This document shows, in pieces, positions 26,010 to 35,115 of a DNA stretch of 64,000 nucleotides. Position 1 is the first letter of the stretch; every line of letters starts with the position of its first letter. The notes beneath the pieces are model-generated. The model was not told where the DNA came from, did not search any database, and saw only the letters and a list, made by a program, of their open reading frames with translations. The stretch lies in NCBI GenBank assembly GCA_965214405.1, contig OZ243956.1, positions 3,872,001 to 3,936,000 on the forward strand. The letters run 5' to 3'. The DNA comes from Trueperaceae bacterium. Its GTDB lineage: Bacteria > Deinococcota > Deinococci > Deinococcales > Trueperaceae. Both the position numbers and the translations under genes were made by a program.

Positions 26010-29000
26010 GTGGCTGACAAGGGCTATTATCACAACCCCACGCTGTTTGGGGACAAAATCGTTTTTGTATGTGAGGATGACCTCTGGGAGGTGCCCGCAG
26101 GTGGCGGGGTGGCGCGGCGTCTCACCGCGAATCCGGGCCGGGTGCTCAACGCGGCGTTTCCAAAAGACGGTGAGACGCTGGCCTTTACGGGCCGCGACGA
26201 GGGTGATAGCGAGGTCTACGTGATGCCCGCCGCGGGGGGAGCCGCCGAAAGGCTCACTTATTTGGGTGGAGACGCGCAAGTGGTGGGCTGGACGCCGGAC
26301 GGTAAGGTTGTGTTTGCGAGCAACACCGCCGCGCCCTTTTCGCGTCTCTTCCGGCTCTACACCGTCCCGGCAACGGGCGGCGAGCCCGCCGAACTGCCGA
26401 CGGGTCCGGCCTCGAGCCTCTCCTACGGCCCAAGCGGGGGCCGAGTCATCGCGCGCAACACGACCGACCTCGCGCGCTGGAAACGCTACCGGGGCGGGCT
26501 GACCGGAGACGTGTGGATAGACGTTAGGGGAGACGGCGACTGGACGAGGCTGTTGGAGCCGGATGGCAACGTCGCCACGCCTCTGTGGGTGGGGGAACGC
26601 ATCTATTTCGTGTCGGACGTTGAAGGTGTCGGTAATCTTTACTCGTGTACACCCGCGGGTGACGACGAGCGCCGCCACACGCACCACGCCGACTATTACG
26701 TGCGCTACCCCGCCACCGACGGACGCCGCATCATCTATCAGGCGGGGGCGGACCTGTATCTTTTTGACCCGGAGGAGGGGGAGAGCCGTCCCGTAGAGGT
26801 CGCCTTTCACAGCCCCAGGGCGCAACGCAAACGCAAGTTTGTCGAGGCCGCTACGTATTTAGAAGACTACACGCTCGACCCCGAAGGGCGCGCGGTCGCG
26901 CTGACGACGCGGGGGCAAGCCTTCTTGGTGGGTCTGTGGGAGGGGGCGGCGCTCCGCTACGGTGAGGAGGTGGGCGTCCGTTATCGCCTGCCGACGTACC
27001 TTCATGACGGAACGCGGCTAGCCCTCATCAGCGACGCGGGGGGTGAGGACGCGCTCGAGCTTCATTCCGCCGACGCCTTGGAAGAACCCGTGCGCCTCAA
27101 CCTCGAGCTTGGCCGACCCCTCACCATGACCGCCTCACCCACGGAGGACAAGCTGGCGCTGACCAATCACCGTTACGAACTTGTGCTGGTAGACGTATCG
27201 GCGGGCGCGGCGACGGTCATCGACTCGAGCCCCCACGCCCCCATCCAGGGCGTCGCCTGGTCGCCCGACGGTCGCTGGTTGGCTTACGGCTTTCACGACA
27301 CGTTCGAAACGTCTCTTATCAAGCTCTGCCGCGTGGACACGGGCGAGACGTTCGCCGTCACGCGGCCCGTGCTGTGGGACGGTCAGCCTGCCTTCGACCC
27401 GGCGGGCCGCTACCTCTACTTTCTCTCCTACCGGAACTTCAACCCGGTCTACGACAGCATCGGCTTTAATCTGGGCTTTCCCAAAGGCGGGCGGCCCTTT
27501 TTAATCACGCTCCAGGCGGATGCGTTCTCGCCGTTTGCGAAGACGCTCGAGGCGGACAAAGAGGAAAAGGACAAAGCAGGGGAAGAGGACAAAACGCCTC
27601 TCCGCATTGACTTAGGCGGCATCATGGACCGGCTCGTCGCCTTTCCTGTGCCCGAAGGCCGCTACACACAAGTGCGCGGGCTAAAAAACAAGGTGCTCTT
27701 CTCGTCCCTGCCGGTCGAGGGCGCGCTCGAGACGAACTGGTTCTCGTTCGGCCCGCCGCCCGCCAAGGCGAAGCTCGAGGTTTACGATTTCGCCGAGCAG
27801 AAGCGCGAGACGCTGGTTGACGGCATTACTGACTTTGAGGTGTCCGGGAACGCGGAAAAGATTGCGTACCGCGCGGGCGACCGGCTGCGGGTGCTAACGG
27901 CGGGCGAGAAGCCGAACGAGGAAGAGGAGCCTGGGCGCAAGAGCGGGTGGCTCGAGCTGGGCCGCGTCAAGGTTTCGGTTATGCCGCCCGCGGAGTGGGC
28001 GCAAATCTACTGCGACGCCTGGCGGCGGCAGCGCGACCACTTCTGGACTGCGGACATGTCGGGCGTCGATTGGGAAGGCGTATACGCGCGTTATCTGCCG
28101 CTTTTGGGACGCGTCGGCACCAGGGCTGAGTTTTCCGACCTCTTGTGGGAGATGCAGGGCGAGCTGGGCACCTCCCACGCCTACGAGTTTGGCGGCGACT
28201 ACCGGGAGGAGCCGAGCTATCCGCAAGGCTTTTTGGGCGCGGATTTAGCCTATGACGCCGAGTCTGAGGGCTACCTCGTCCAGCACATCGTCCGGGGCGA
28301 CGTTTGGGATGAGACGAGCGGGTCGCCGCTCCTCCGTCCCGGCGTCAACGTCCGCGTGGGCGACCGTTTGCTGGCGGTGAACGGTCGCCGCGTGGGTGAA
28401 GAAGTCCCGCCCGCCGCGCTGCTGGTCCACCAGGCCGAGAGCGAGGTTGTCTTAACCCTCGCGCCCGCCGACGGGGGTGCGCCGCGTAGGGTCACGGTCA
28501 AAACGCTGCGCGACGAGCGCCCGGCCCGCTACCGCGACTGGGTCGAGCGCAACCGCGCCTTTGTCCATGAAGCGTCAGATGGCAGGGTAGGCTATATCCA
28601 CATCCCAGACATGGGGCCGCAGGGGTTTGCCGAGTTTCACCGCGCCTTTTTTGCGGAGGTGAACCGCGAGGGTTTGCTTATAGACGTGCGCTGGAACGGG
28701 GGCGGGCACGTGTCGGGGCTGCTGCTCGAGCGGCTCGCCCGCCGCCGCCTCGGCTACAGCGTCCCGCGCCGCGGTGAGCCGCAGCCCTACCCCGACCTCT
28801 CACCGATGGGACCGATGGTCGCTCTCACCAACGAGCAAGCGGGCTCCGACGGCGACATCTTTTCGCACGCCTTTAAGATGATGGGTTTGGGGCCGCTGCT
28901 GGGCAAACGCACCTGGGGTGGCGTCGTGGGCATCAACGTGACCGGGCAACTTTTGGACGGCAGCGTGACGACGCAGCCCGAGTTCTCCTTTTGGTTCAAG

Positions 29001-29207
29001 GACGTGGGCTGGGGCGTCGAGAACTACGGCACGGACCCCGACATCGAGGTTGACCTGAGACCGCAGGATGACGTGGCGGGACGGGATGCACAGTTAGAAC
29101 GTGCGGTGGAGGAATTGAAACGCCTCCTTCAAACACCCTCCCAGCGCCCCGACTTTGGCGAACGCCCCGACCTGGCCCCGCTGCCTCTGCCGGAATCCAG
29201 CGTCTAG
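26010..29207 (+). CDS. Tricorn protease homolog (peptidase S41)
   Basis: Beta-propeller N-terminus, WKRYRGG, GELGTSHAY, PDZ domain, GYIHIPDM, DVRWNGGG and catalytic GSDGD. No signal peptide. Confidence 0.95.
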   Translation: MADKGYYHNPTLFGDKIVFVCEDDLWEVPAGGGVARRLTANPGRVLNAAFPKDGETLAFTGRDEGDSEVYVMPAAGGAAERLTYLGGDAQVVGWTPDGKVVFASNTAAPFSRLFRLYTVPATGGEPAELPTGPASSLSYGPSGGRVIARNTTDLARWKRYRGGLTGDVWIDVRGDGDWTRLLEPDGNVATPLWVGERIYFVSDVEGVGNLYSCTPAGDDERRHTHHADYYVRYPATDGRRIIYQAGADLYLFDPEEGESRPVEVAFHSPRAQRKRKFVEAATYLEDYTLDPEGRAVALTTRGQAFLVGLWEGAALRYGEEVGVRYRLPTYLHDGTRLALISDAGGEDALELHSADALEEPVRLNLELGRPLTMTASPTEDKLALTNHRYELVLVDVSAGAATVIDSSPHAPIQGVAWSPDGRWLAYGFHDTFETSLIKLCRVDTGETFAVTRPVLWDGQPAFDPAGRYLYFLSYRNFNPVYDSIGFNLGFPKGGRPFLITLQADAFSPFAKTLEADKEEKDKAGEEDKTPLRIDLGGIMDRLVAFPVPEGRYTQVRGLKNKVLFSSLPVEGALETNWFSFGPPPAKAKLEVYDFAEQKRETLVDGITDFEVSGNAEKIAYRAGDRLRVLTAGEKPNEEEEPGRKSGWLELGRVKVSVMPPAEWAQIYCDAWRRQRDHFWTADMSGVDWEGVYARYLPLLGRVGTRAEFSDLLWEMQGELGTSHAYEFGGDYREEPSYPQGFLGADLAYDAESEGYLVQHIVRGDVWDETSGSPLLRPGVNVRVGDRLLAVNGRRVGEEVPPAALLVHQAESEVVLTLAPADGGAPRRVTVKTLRDERPARYRDWVERNRAFVHEASDGRVGYIHIPDMGPQGFAEFHRAFFAEVNREGLLIDVRWNGGGHVSGLLLERLARRRLGYSVPRRGEPQPYPDLSPMGPMVALTNEQAGSDGDIFSHAFKMMGLGPLLGKRTWGGVVGINVTGQLLDGSVTTQPEFSFWFKDVGWGVENYGTDPDIEVDLRPQDDVAGRDAQLERAVEELKRLLQTPSQRPDFGERPDLAPLPLPESSV

Positions 29208-29240
29208 GTTTAGAACCTTTGAAGCTTTGACAAGAACATA

Positions 29241-29267
29241 CAGGGGATGCTCGTTCAGCATCCCCTG
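29241..29267. terminator. Stem-loop after the tricorn gene
   Basis: CAGGGGATGCT-cgttc-AGCATCCCCTG, a perfect 11-bp stem. Confidence 0.6.
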
Positions 29268-29385
29268 AAAACATTTGAGCAGAAGGAGAAGGCCGTCTTT
29301 TCTTGTCCAGCAGCGAGAGGTCGGTAAAAACCCTTCTCCTTGACTGAGCTGTTCTTCTGTAGCCTTGGTGACAAAACAACTATAA

Positions 29386-29414
29386 TACCTCGAATACTCT
29401 TAACCTTCGAAGTA
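29386..29414 (+). promoter_or_regulatory. Putative MarR operator overlapping the promoter/start
   Basis: TACCTCGAA-N11-TTCGAAGTA inverted repeat (1 mismatch) that spans the TAACCT -10 box and reaches the ATG. Confidence 0.5.
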
Positions 29415-30028
29415 TGTCTGTCTCCACCAACCAGACCAAGCGTCTGTCCGCTTCATTTCACGCCTTTCACCGGAGCGTCATGCGCCGCACCATGCCGCAG
29501 ATGATGGCGTTTGTCAAGGAGGAGGGGCTGTCGATGCCGCAGATGGGGACGCTCTTTTTTCTGCGGGGGGGGCCGGGGACGGTTTCGGCTATCGCGGAGC
29601 ATCTGGACTTGTCGCTCGCGGCGACGAGTCACCTCATCGAGCGGCTGGTGCAGCGGGAGCTGGTCGTCCGCTTCGAAAACCCCGCCGACCGCCGCCAAAA
29701 GTGTGTCGAGTTGTCTCCTGCCGGGTTGGCCTTTTTAGACGCGGCGGACGCGCGGGCCGCTGCTGCGTTGGAGGGCGTCCTCGAGACCGCCATTCAGGAG
29801 ATGCCGCCGCCCCTCATAGAAGCGTTCGAGGAGGCGCTGGCGGGTGTGGTCAGGGCGCTCTCGGAGGAGGGGACTGAGGGAGATGAAGCGAAGCTCGAGC
29901 CGCAAAGTACATGTCAACAAAGCCAGGAGGAACATGTGACCAAGAAGAACGCAAAAACCAGGGGCGACCCGACTGAACACCTGACTGAACACCCGACTAA
30001 ACAGGGCCGCGGAGGTGTCGATGAGTGA
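29414..30028 (+). CDS. MarR family transcriptional regulator
   Basis: GLSMPQ, SAIAEHL.LSLAATSHLIERLV and ENPADRRQK.VELS.AG. Confidence 0.9.
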   Translation: MSVSTNQTKRLSASFHAFHRSVMRRTMPQMMAFVKEEGLSMPQMGTLFFLRGGPGTVSAIAEHLDLSLAATSHLIERLVQRELVVRFENPADRRQKCVELSPAGLAFLDAADARAAAALEGVLETAIQEMPPPLIEAFEEALAGVVRALSEEGTEGDEAKLEPQSTCQQSQEEHVTKKNAKTRGDPTEHLTEHPTKQGRGGVDE

Positions 30029-31031
30029 GGCTGCCATCTACGTCGAGGATGTGCGTAAGAGTTTCGGCAAGGTCAAAGCTTTGGAGGGCGTGAGTCTCGA
30101 GGCCAGGGCAGGAAAGGTCTTTGGCCTGTTAGGCCCCAACGGCGCGGGCAAAACGACGCTGGTCCGCATCCTCACCACCCTCCTCAAACTCGACTCGGGC
30201 GTGGCGCGGGTGCTCGGGCGCGACGTGACGACCGACGCCGAGGCGCTGCGCGGGCTTATCGGGCTCGCGGGCCAGTACGCCGCGGTGGACGAAAACTTGA
30301 CCGGGCGCGAGAACTTGGAGATGGTCGGGCGGCTTTACCATTTGGGACGCCGGGAGGCCAAAAGGCGGGCTTCGGGGGTGCTCGAGCGCTTTTCCCTAGA
30401 GGACGCCGCCGACCGCCCCGCCAAAACCTATTCGGGCGGGATGCGCCGCCGTCTGGACTTGGGCGCGAGCCTAGTCGGTGAGCCGCAGGTGCTCTTTTTG
30501 GACGAGCCCACCACGGGCCTAGACCCGCGTTCGCGCATCGAGATGTGGGGGTCCATCAAAGAACTCGTGGCGGGCGGCACCACGCTTTTGCTCACCACCC
30601 AGTACCTAGAAGAGGCCGACGAGTTGGCCGACCGAATCGCCGTCATCGACGACGGACGCGTGATCGCCGAGGGCACCGCGGACGAACTCAAATCGCGTTT
30701 GGCGAGCGACGTTTTGGAGGTCAAGGTCGAAGCTGCGGACCTCTCGAGAGCCGCCGACGCGCTCCGCAAGATCGGCACGGACGCGCCGCAACGAGACGAA
30801 GACACAGGCCGCCTCACCCTGCCCGTCGCGGAGGGCGCGCAAAGTTTGATCGAAGCGGTGCGTGCGCTTGACGAGGCGGGCGTGGTCTTGACCGACCTCA
30901 GCCTGCGCCGCCCTTCGCTCGACGACGTGTTTTTGGCGCTCACGGGCGAGGCCAGCAAATCTCAGTTAGGCACGTCTAAACCGGCAAGGAGTGAAGGAAC
31001 CGAAAGAAAACGCGAAGAGAGGATTTTATGA
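30021..31031 (+). CDS. DrrA-like ABC exporter ATP-binding protein
   Basis: GPNGAGKT, YSGGMRRRLD, LDEPTTGLDP, TTQYLEEA and C-terminal PSLDDVFL. Confidence 0.93.
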   Translation: MSEAAIYVEDVRKSFGKVKALEGVSLEARAGKVFGLLGPNGAGKTTLVRILTTLLKLDSGVARVLGRDVTTDAEALRGLIGLAGQYAAVDENLTGRENLEMVGRLYHLGRREAKRRASGVLERFSLEDAADRPAKTYSGGMRRRLDLGASLVGEPQVLFLDEPTTGLDPRSRIEMWGSIKELVAGGTTLLLTTQYLEEADELADRIAVIDDGRVIAEGTADELKSRLASDVLEVKVEAADLSRAADALRKIGTDAPQRDEDTGRLTLPVAEGAQSLIEAVRALDEAGVVLTDLSLRRPSLDDVFLALTGEASKSQLGTSKPARSEGTERKREERIL

Positions 31032-31849
31032 GTGTCTCTTCCGCCCCCCGCACCCGCGCGCCCGGCCCCCTGCGCCGCTTCGGCTGGACCTTTACCGACA
31101 CGCTCGTCGTCGCGCAGCGTAACCTGCTGCGTTACGTCCGGCTGCCCCAGCTTTTGGTTTTTTCGACCGTCCAGCCCGTGATGTTCGTGCTCCTTTTTGC
31201 CTTCGTGTTTGGCGGAGCCATCCAGACGCCCGGCGTGGACTACATCAACTACCTCATCCCCGGTATTTTGGTGCAAACGGTACTCTTTGGCGCGTCACAG
31301 ACGACGGTCGGCTTGGCTGACGACTTGTCGCGGGGCATGATCGACCGCTTCCGCTCCCTGCCGATGGCGAGGAGCGCGGTCTTGGCGGGCCGCACCCTGG
31401 CCGACAGCGTCCGCAACGTGTTCGTCGTGCTGCTGATGGTCGGAGTGGGCGCGCTCATCGGCTTTAGATTTCAGGGAGGATTTTGGGAGGCGGTTGGCTC
31501 GATTGCCTTGGTCGTCTTTTTCGGCTTTGCCTTTTCCTGGATTTCGGCGCTCATCGGGCTCGCCGTCAAGGACCCCGAGACGGCGCAGGTCGCGGGTTTC
31601 ATCTGGATTTTCCCACTCGTCTTCGCCTCGTCGGCCTTTGTGCCGGTTCAGACGATGCCCGACTGGCTCCAGGCTTTTGCCAAGATTCAGCCCATCTCGG
31701 TCACGGTCAACGCGGTGCGCCTCCTCACCTCGGGCGGTCAGGCCCCCGGCGTGGCCTGGAGCGACGTGTGGTGGGCGCTCGCCTGGGCGGTGGGCATCCT
31801 CGTGGTGTTCGTGCCCCTCGCGGTGGCGCAGTACCGGCGGAGCACCTAA
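31028..31849 (+). CDS. DrrB-like ABC-2 exporter permease
   Basis: QPVMF.LLF.FVFGGAI, GMIDRFRSLPM and SSAFVPV.TMP.WLQ. Confidence 0.92.
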   Translation: MSVSSAPRTRAPGPLRRFGWTFTDTLVVAQRNLLRYVRLPQLLVFSTVQPVMFVLLFAFVFGGAIQTPGVDYINYLIPGILVQTVLFGASQTTVGLADDLSRGMIDRFRSLPMARSAVLAGRTLADSVRNVFVVLLMVGVGALIGFRFQGGFWEAVGSIALVVFFGFAFSWISALIGLAVKDPETAQVAGFIWIFPLVFASSAFVPVQTMPDWLQAFAKIQPISVTVNAVRLLTSGGQAPGVAWSDVWWALAWAVGILVVFVPLAVAQYRRST

Positions 31850-31912
31850 AAAGGGTGAGGTTACTGGGTCCGGCGGTTTGAAGTAGGCTCTGAAAATCTG
31901 TGAAACGGCAAC

Positions 31913-31950
31913 AAAAAAGTGCAGGAATTACCTGCACTTTTACTTTTTTT
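31913..31950. terminator. Bidirectional intrinsic terminator
   Basis: AAAAGTGCAGG-aatta-CCTGCACTTTT with A and T tails, between convergent genes. Confidence 0.85.
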
Positions 31951-31987
31951 GGTGAGGGCTCGAGCCCTCTACTTTGTCCTAAGCTGT

Positions 31988-32461
31988 TTAGACAGTTCTG
32001 CGCGTGCGGTCTCGCCTCGTTGCGGGAAGCGCGGTGGCCGCCAAAATTAGCACTAACGCGCCAACAAGATAGGCGTTCCAGTCCGGCTCATACGCTGCGC
32101 CCAACACCCACGGCGCGATGAAAAGACCCGCACCCAGCAAGATGTTGCTCCACTCCGCCAGCGCAGTGTGGGGCATCGCCAGCGCCCAGATAGACACCAA
32201 GACGATAAGCGCGCCTACCCAGTAGGCGTCCGTGGCGTAACCACCCGCATTGGGAAGAAACCACGGCGAAATAAACAACCACGCGCCCAAGAGCAGATTG
32301 ACAATGTCCTGCCAGCGCCGGGCTGGCTCCTCGACATAGGTGTCTCTCACGGCTGTATCTCTTGTGGTGTCTCTCGTGGTGGTCGTATCGGTCGTTTTCG
32401 CACCTGTTGTTTTTGTATCCGAGTACGCTTCGACTTTTTTGGTCTCGTTGTCTCGAGCCAT
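31988..32461 (-). CDS. SPW repeat membrane protein with Thr-rich N-terminal tail
   Basis: NLLLGAWLFISPW and NILLGAGLFIAPW repeats. Confidence 0.85.
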   Translation of the reverse strand: MARDNETKKVEAYSDTKTTGAKTTDTTTTRDTTRDTAVRDTYVEEPARRWQDIVNLLLGAWLFISPWFLPNAGGYATDAYWVGALIVLVSIWALAMPHTALAEWSNILLGAGLFIAPWVLGAAYEPDWNAYLVGALVLILAATALPATRRDRTRRTV

Positions 32462-32686
32462 AGTAACCCCCTTCTTTCGCTTATTTATACTCTTTTTTAT
32501 AAATTCACTTCCGTAGCCGTGACGGCAATTCGTGAGTTAGGTCACAACGGGAGTCTCTTTACGCCACCGCGTGACCAGGGATTGTCCAGCGTTTACGCAG
32601 CTTTCTGCTCCATTCAACTTACTAACTGTCGTGGGACGTCTCGAGGTGGCGTCATCCCTGCTAAAAGCACCTAACCACAAAAGCTC

Positions 32687-32715
32687 TTGACAGACTTAAC
32701 AATGTTAAGTAAAGT
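32687..32715 (+). promoter_or_regulatory. Sigma70-type promoter of the TetR gene containing a palindromic operator
   Basis: TTGACA-17 nt-TAAAGT, with ACTTAAC-AAT-GTTAAGT (32694-32710) filling the spacer. Confidence 0.75.
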
Positions 32716-32724
32716 AGAAGTGTT

Positions 32725-33375
32725 ATGACCGTAAAAGCCACTCGAGCCCAGCGCCTCAAGCAGGCCAGCCTCAAACGGCGTGAGCAGGACAAGGCGGAGA
32801 CGCGGCGCAGTATTTTGGACGCGGCGGTAGCCCTTTTTCAAGAACACGGCTTCGAGAACTTTTCCCTGCGAGGCGTGGCCGAGGCGATTGGCTACTCACC
32901 AACGACTATCTATCTTTATTTCGCGGATAAAGACGACCTGCTGTTCCACGCGGCGATGGAAGGCTTTGTCAAGTTCGGCGAGATGTTGCAGGCAGCTTAC
33001 GACGGGGCCGCGACGCCCTTAGAGCGCTTTGGTGCGACGGGGCGGGCGTATGTGAATTTTGGCCTCGAGAACCCCGTCCCGTACCGCCTCATGTTTATGC
33101 AGCGCGGCGAGTTTTTGGAGCGTGACGCACCCCCAGGGTACGAATCAATCATCGACTCGTTCGGCGTGCTCACCAAAGCCTTGCAGGAATGTTTGGACGC
33201 GGGCGTAATTAAGCCCGGCGACCTCAGAACCTACGCGGGCATGGCCTGGGCGAACGTCCACGGCGTCGTAGCCCTCGCCATCAGCACGCCTTATATCGAT
33301 GAAAGGGCGGCGTACGGGATTCTCGAGCTCTATCAAACGAGCATTATCGAAGGCATGAAGGCTGAGGAGACGTAG
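32725..33375 (+). CDS. TetR/AcrR family regulator (WHG-type C-terminal domain)
   Basis: ILDAAV.LF...GFENFSLRGVAEAIGYSPTTIYLYF HTH; YRLMF; WANVHG. Confidence 0.93.
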   Translation: MTVKATRAQRLKQASLKRREQDKAETRRSILDAAVALFQEHGFENFSLRGVAEAIGYSPTTIYLYFADKDDLLFHAAMEGFVKFGEMLQAAYDGAATPLERFGATGRAYVNFGLENPVPYRLMFMQRGEFLERDAPPGYESIIDSFGVLTKALQECLDAGVIKPGDLRTYAGMAWANVHGVVALAISTPYIDERAAYGILELYQTSIIEGMKAEET

Positions 33376-33395
33376 CACGAACCGTTTTTCCATAA

Positions 33396-33412
33396 ACTTA
33401 ACGGCGTTAATT
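33396..33412 (+). promoter_or_regulatory. Second copy of the putative TetR operator
   Basis: ACTTAAC-GGC-GTTAATT upstream of the gene at 33512. Confidence 0.65.
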
Positions 33413-33511
33413 ATATGAGTGCAAACAAGCAACCCCCTTCTTTCGAAGGACGACAAGGTGACGCAAGGCCCTTAGGGTGAAGAAATCCCAGGGTAGCAAA
33501 AGGAGAAACAA

Positions 33512-34525
33512 ATGGCGACTCTAAACTCCAGCTTAGATACAAGGTCAAACCGCAATCCGGTTTCGTTTATCAAGAGGATGTGGCAGATTCACGCGCCTAT
33601 GACGTTGCTAAGCCTTGTCACGGCGGGACTCACTCTCTTTTTCGTCGTCGGAATTTTCGCAGATTCGCGCATGATTACGGGCGCACCCGCCTGGCTCAAA
33701 CCTGCTAAATTTGCTCTCTCGATTTCTATCTATACCCTAACCATCACTTGGATGCTCGGTTTTGTCGAGACCGAAAGACGCTGGAAAAAACGGCTTGTCG
33801 GTCTACTCGGCTGGCTCATCGTCGGTGTGTTCGTCCTTGAAATGATACCGGTCGTCGTCCAGGTCGTGCGCGGGACCACAAGTCACTTCAATGTTGCAAC
33901 GCCCCTTGAGGCTCTTCTATGGTCGGTCATGGGGGCCGCCATCGTGACGCTCTGGACGACAAACTTTGTGCTCGCCGCGCTGCTGCTTTTTCAGCGTTTT
34001 GAAGCCCCGGCCTTTGCCTGGTCGCTGCGTCTGGGGCTCATCATCGCCATCGTCGGGATGGGGCTGGGTTTCTTGATGACGACGCCCACCGCGCAGCAGA
34101 TGGCGAGCTGGCAAGGGGGCGCGCCCGTCACGGTCGTCGGGGCGCACACAGTAGGTTTTGAGGACGGTGGACCGGGGCTGCCGGTCGTCGGCTGGAGCAC
34201 GCGGGGCGGCGATCTCAGGGTGGGTCACTTTATCGGGATGCACGCGTTGCAGGTGTTGCCCTTCCTGGGGCTGTTCATCGTGCGCCGCCGCTTGAGCAGA
34301 AAGCAGGGGGTGAGGCTCGTGTGGACGGCGGCGGCGGGTCTTCTGGGCGTGGTGCTGCTGGTGACGTGGCAGGCGCTGCGGGCGCAGCCGCTTACGCAGC
34401 CGGACGCTCTGACGGTGGCGGTGTTCGCCGCCCTTGTCGGGTTTACGGCGCTGGCGGTGGGCGTCATTTTGAAGGGTGAGGGAGCTCGAGCCTCTACACT
34501 CACATCATCTTCTAAATCCGATTAA
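33512..34525 (+). CDS. Conserved hypothetical membrane protein
   Basis: AAGGAG RBS; about 8 TM helices; WLKPAKFALS, SHFN and GGDLRVGHFIGMHALQ motifs. Confidence 0.75.
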   Translation: MATLNSSLDTRSNRNPVSFIKRMWQIHAPMTLLSLVTAGLTLFFVVGIFADSRMITGAPAWLKPAKFALSISIYTLTITWMLGFVETERRWKKRLVGLLGWLIVGVFVLEMIPVVVQVVRGTTSHFNVATPLEALLWSVMGAAIVTLWTTNFVLAALLLFQRFEAPAFAWSLRLGLIIAIVGMGLGFLMTTPTAQQMASWQGGAPVTVVGAHTVGFEDGGPGLPVVGWSTRGGDLRVGHFIGMHALQVLPFLGLFIVRRRLSRKQGVRLVWTAAAGLLGVVLLVTWQALRAQPLTQPDALTVAVFAALVGFTALAVGVILKGEGARASTLTSSSKSD

Positions 34526-34566
34526 CCAAGTCTGAGCAAAGCTGGCAGAGGAAAGGAGCAAACATC

Positions 34567-34980
34567 ATGAGCGATCTAGTCCTAAGCACCGCGGGCGTTC
34601 TCCTGGTCGTGCTGCCCACCGTCGCATATGGCGGCGTGAGCATCCTGCGCCTCGTTTATATCAAGCGCAGCGACTACATGAAAAACGAACTCCGGCAAAA
34701 GTTCTGGCGGGCGGGTCACGCCCACGCGGGTGTTTTTCTCATCTTGTCCCTGGCGGCGCTGCCGTACCTCGACGCCGCTCAGTTGTCCACAGGCCTCAAA
34801 TCCTTAGTGACGTGGCTTGTCCCCGGCGCGGCCATCCTCATACCCGCCGCCTTTTTCTTTTCCGTCGCCGCGCCCGACGCGCAAAAGCCCAACGCGCTTA
34901 TCAACCTCGCTTATGTGGGGTTTGCCTCCCTCGTGATCGGGCTCGCTCTGCTTGGCGTCGGCTTATTTTTGGCGCTTTAG
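34567..34980 (+). CDS. Small hypothetical 4-TM protein with RAGHAHAGV motif
   Basis: AAGGAG RBS; four hydrophobic segments. Confidence 0.75.
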   Translation: MSDLVLSTAGVLLVVLPTVAYGGVSILRLVYIKRSDYMKNELRQKFWRAGHAHAGVFLILSLAALPYLDAAQLSTGLKSLVTWLVPGAAILIPAAFFFSVAAPDAQKPNALINLAYVGFASLVIGLALLGVGLFLAL

Positions 34981-35016
34981 ATAGCGCGCCAAGGTCGCCG
35001 CCCCTAGCCCAAAACG

Positions 35017-35057
35017 AACGCCCGAACCTGCGGCCATAAGAGCCGAGTTCGGGCGTT
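35017..35057. terminator. Stem-loop between convergent genes
   Basis: AACGCCCGAAC...GTTCGGGCGTT 11-bp inverted repeat. Confidence 0.5.
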
Positions 35058-35115
35058 AAGACTGGACAAGCTGCGGGTCGGGCTGAGGCTATGAAGATGA
35101 GGCTCCAGGCTGAGA

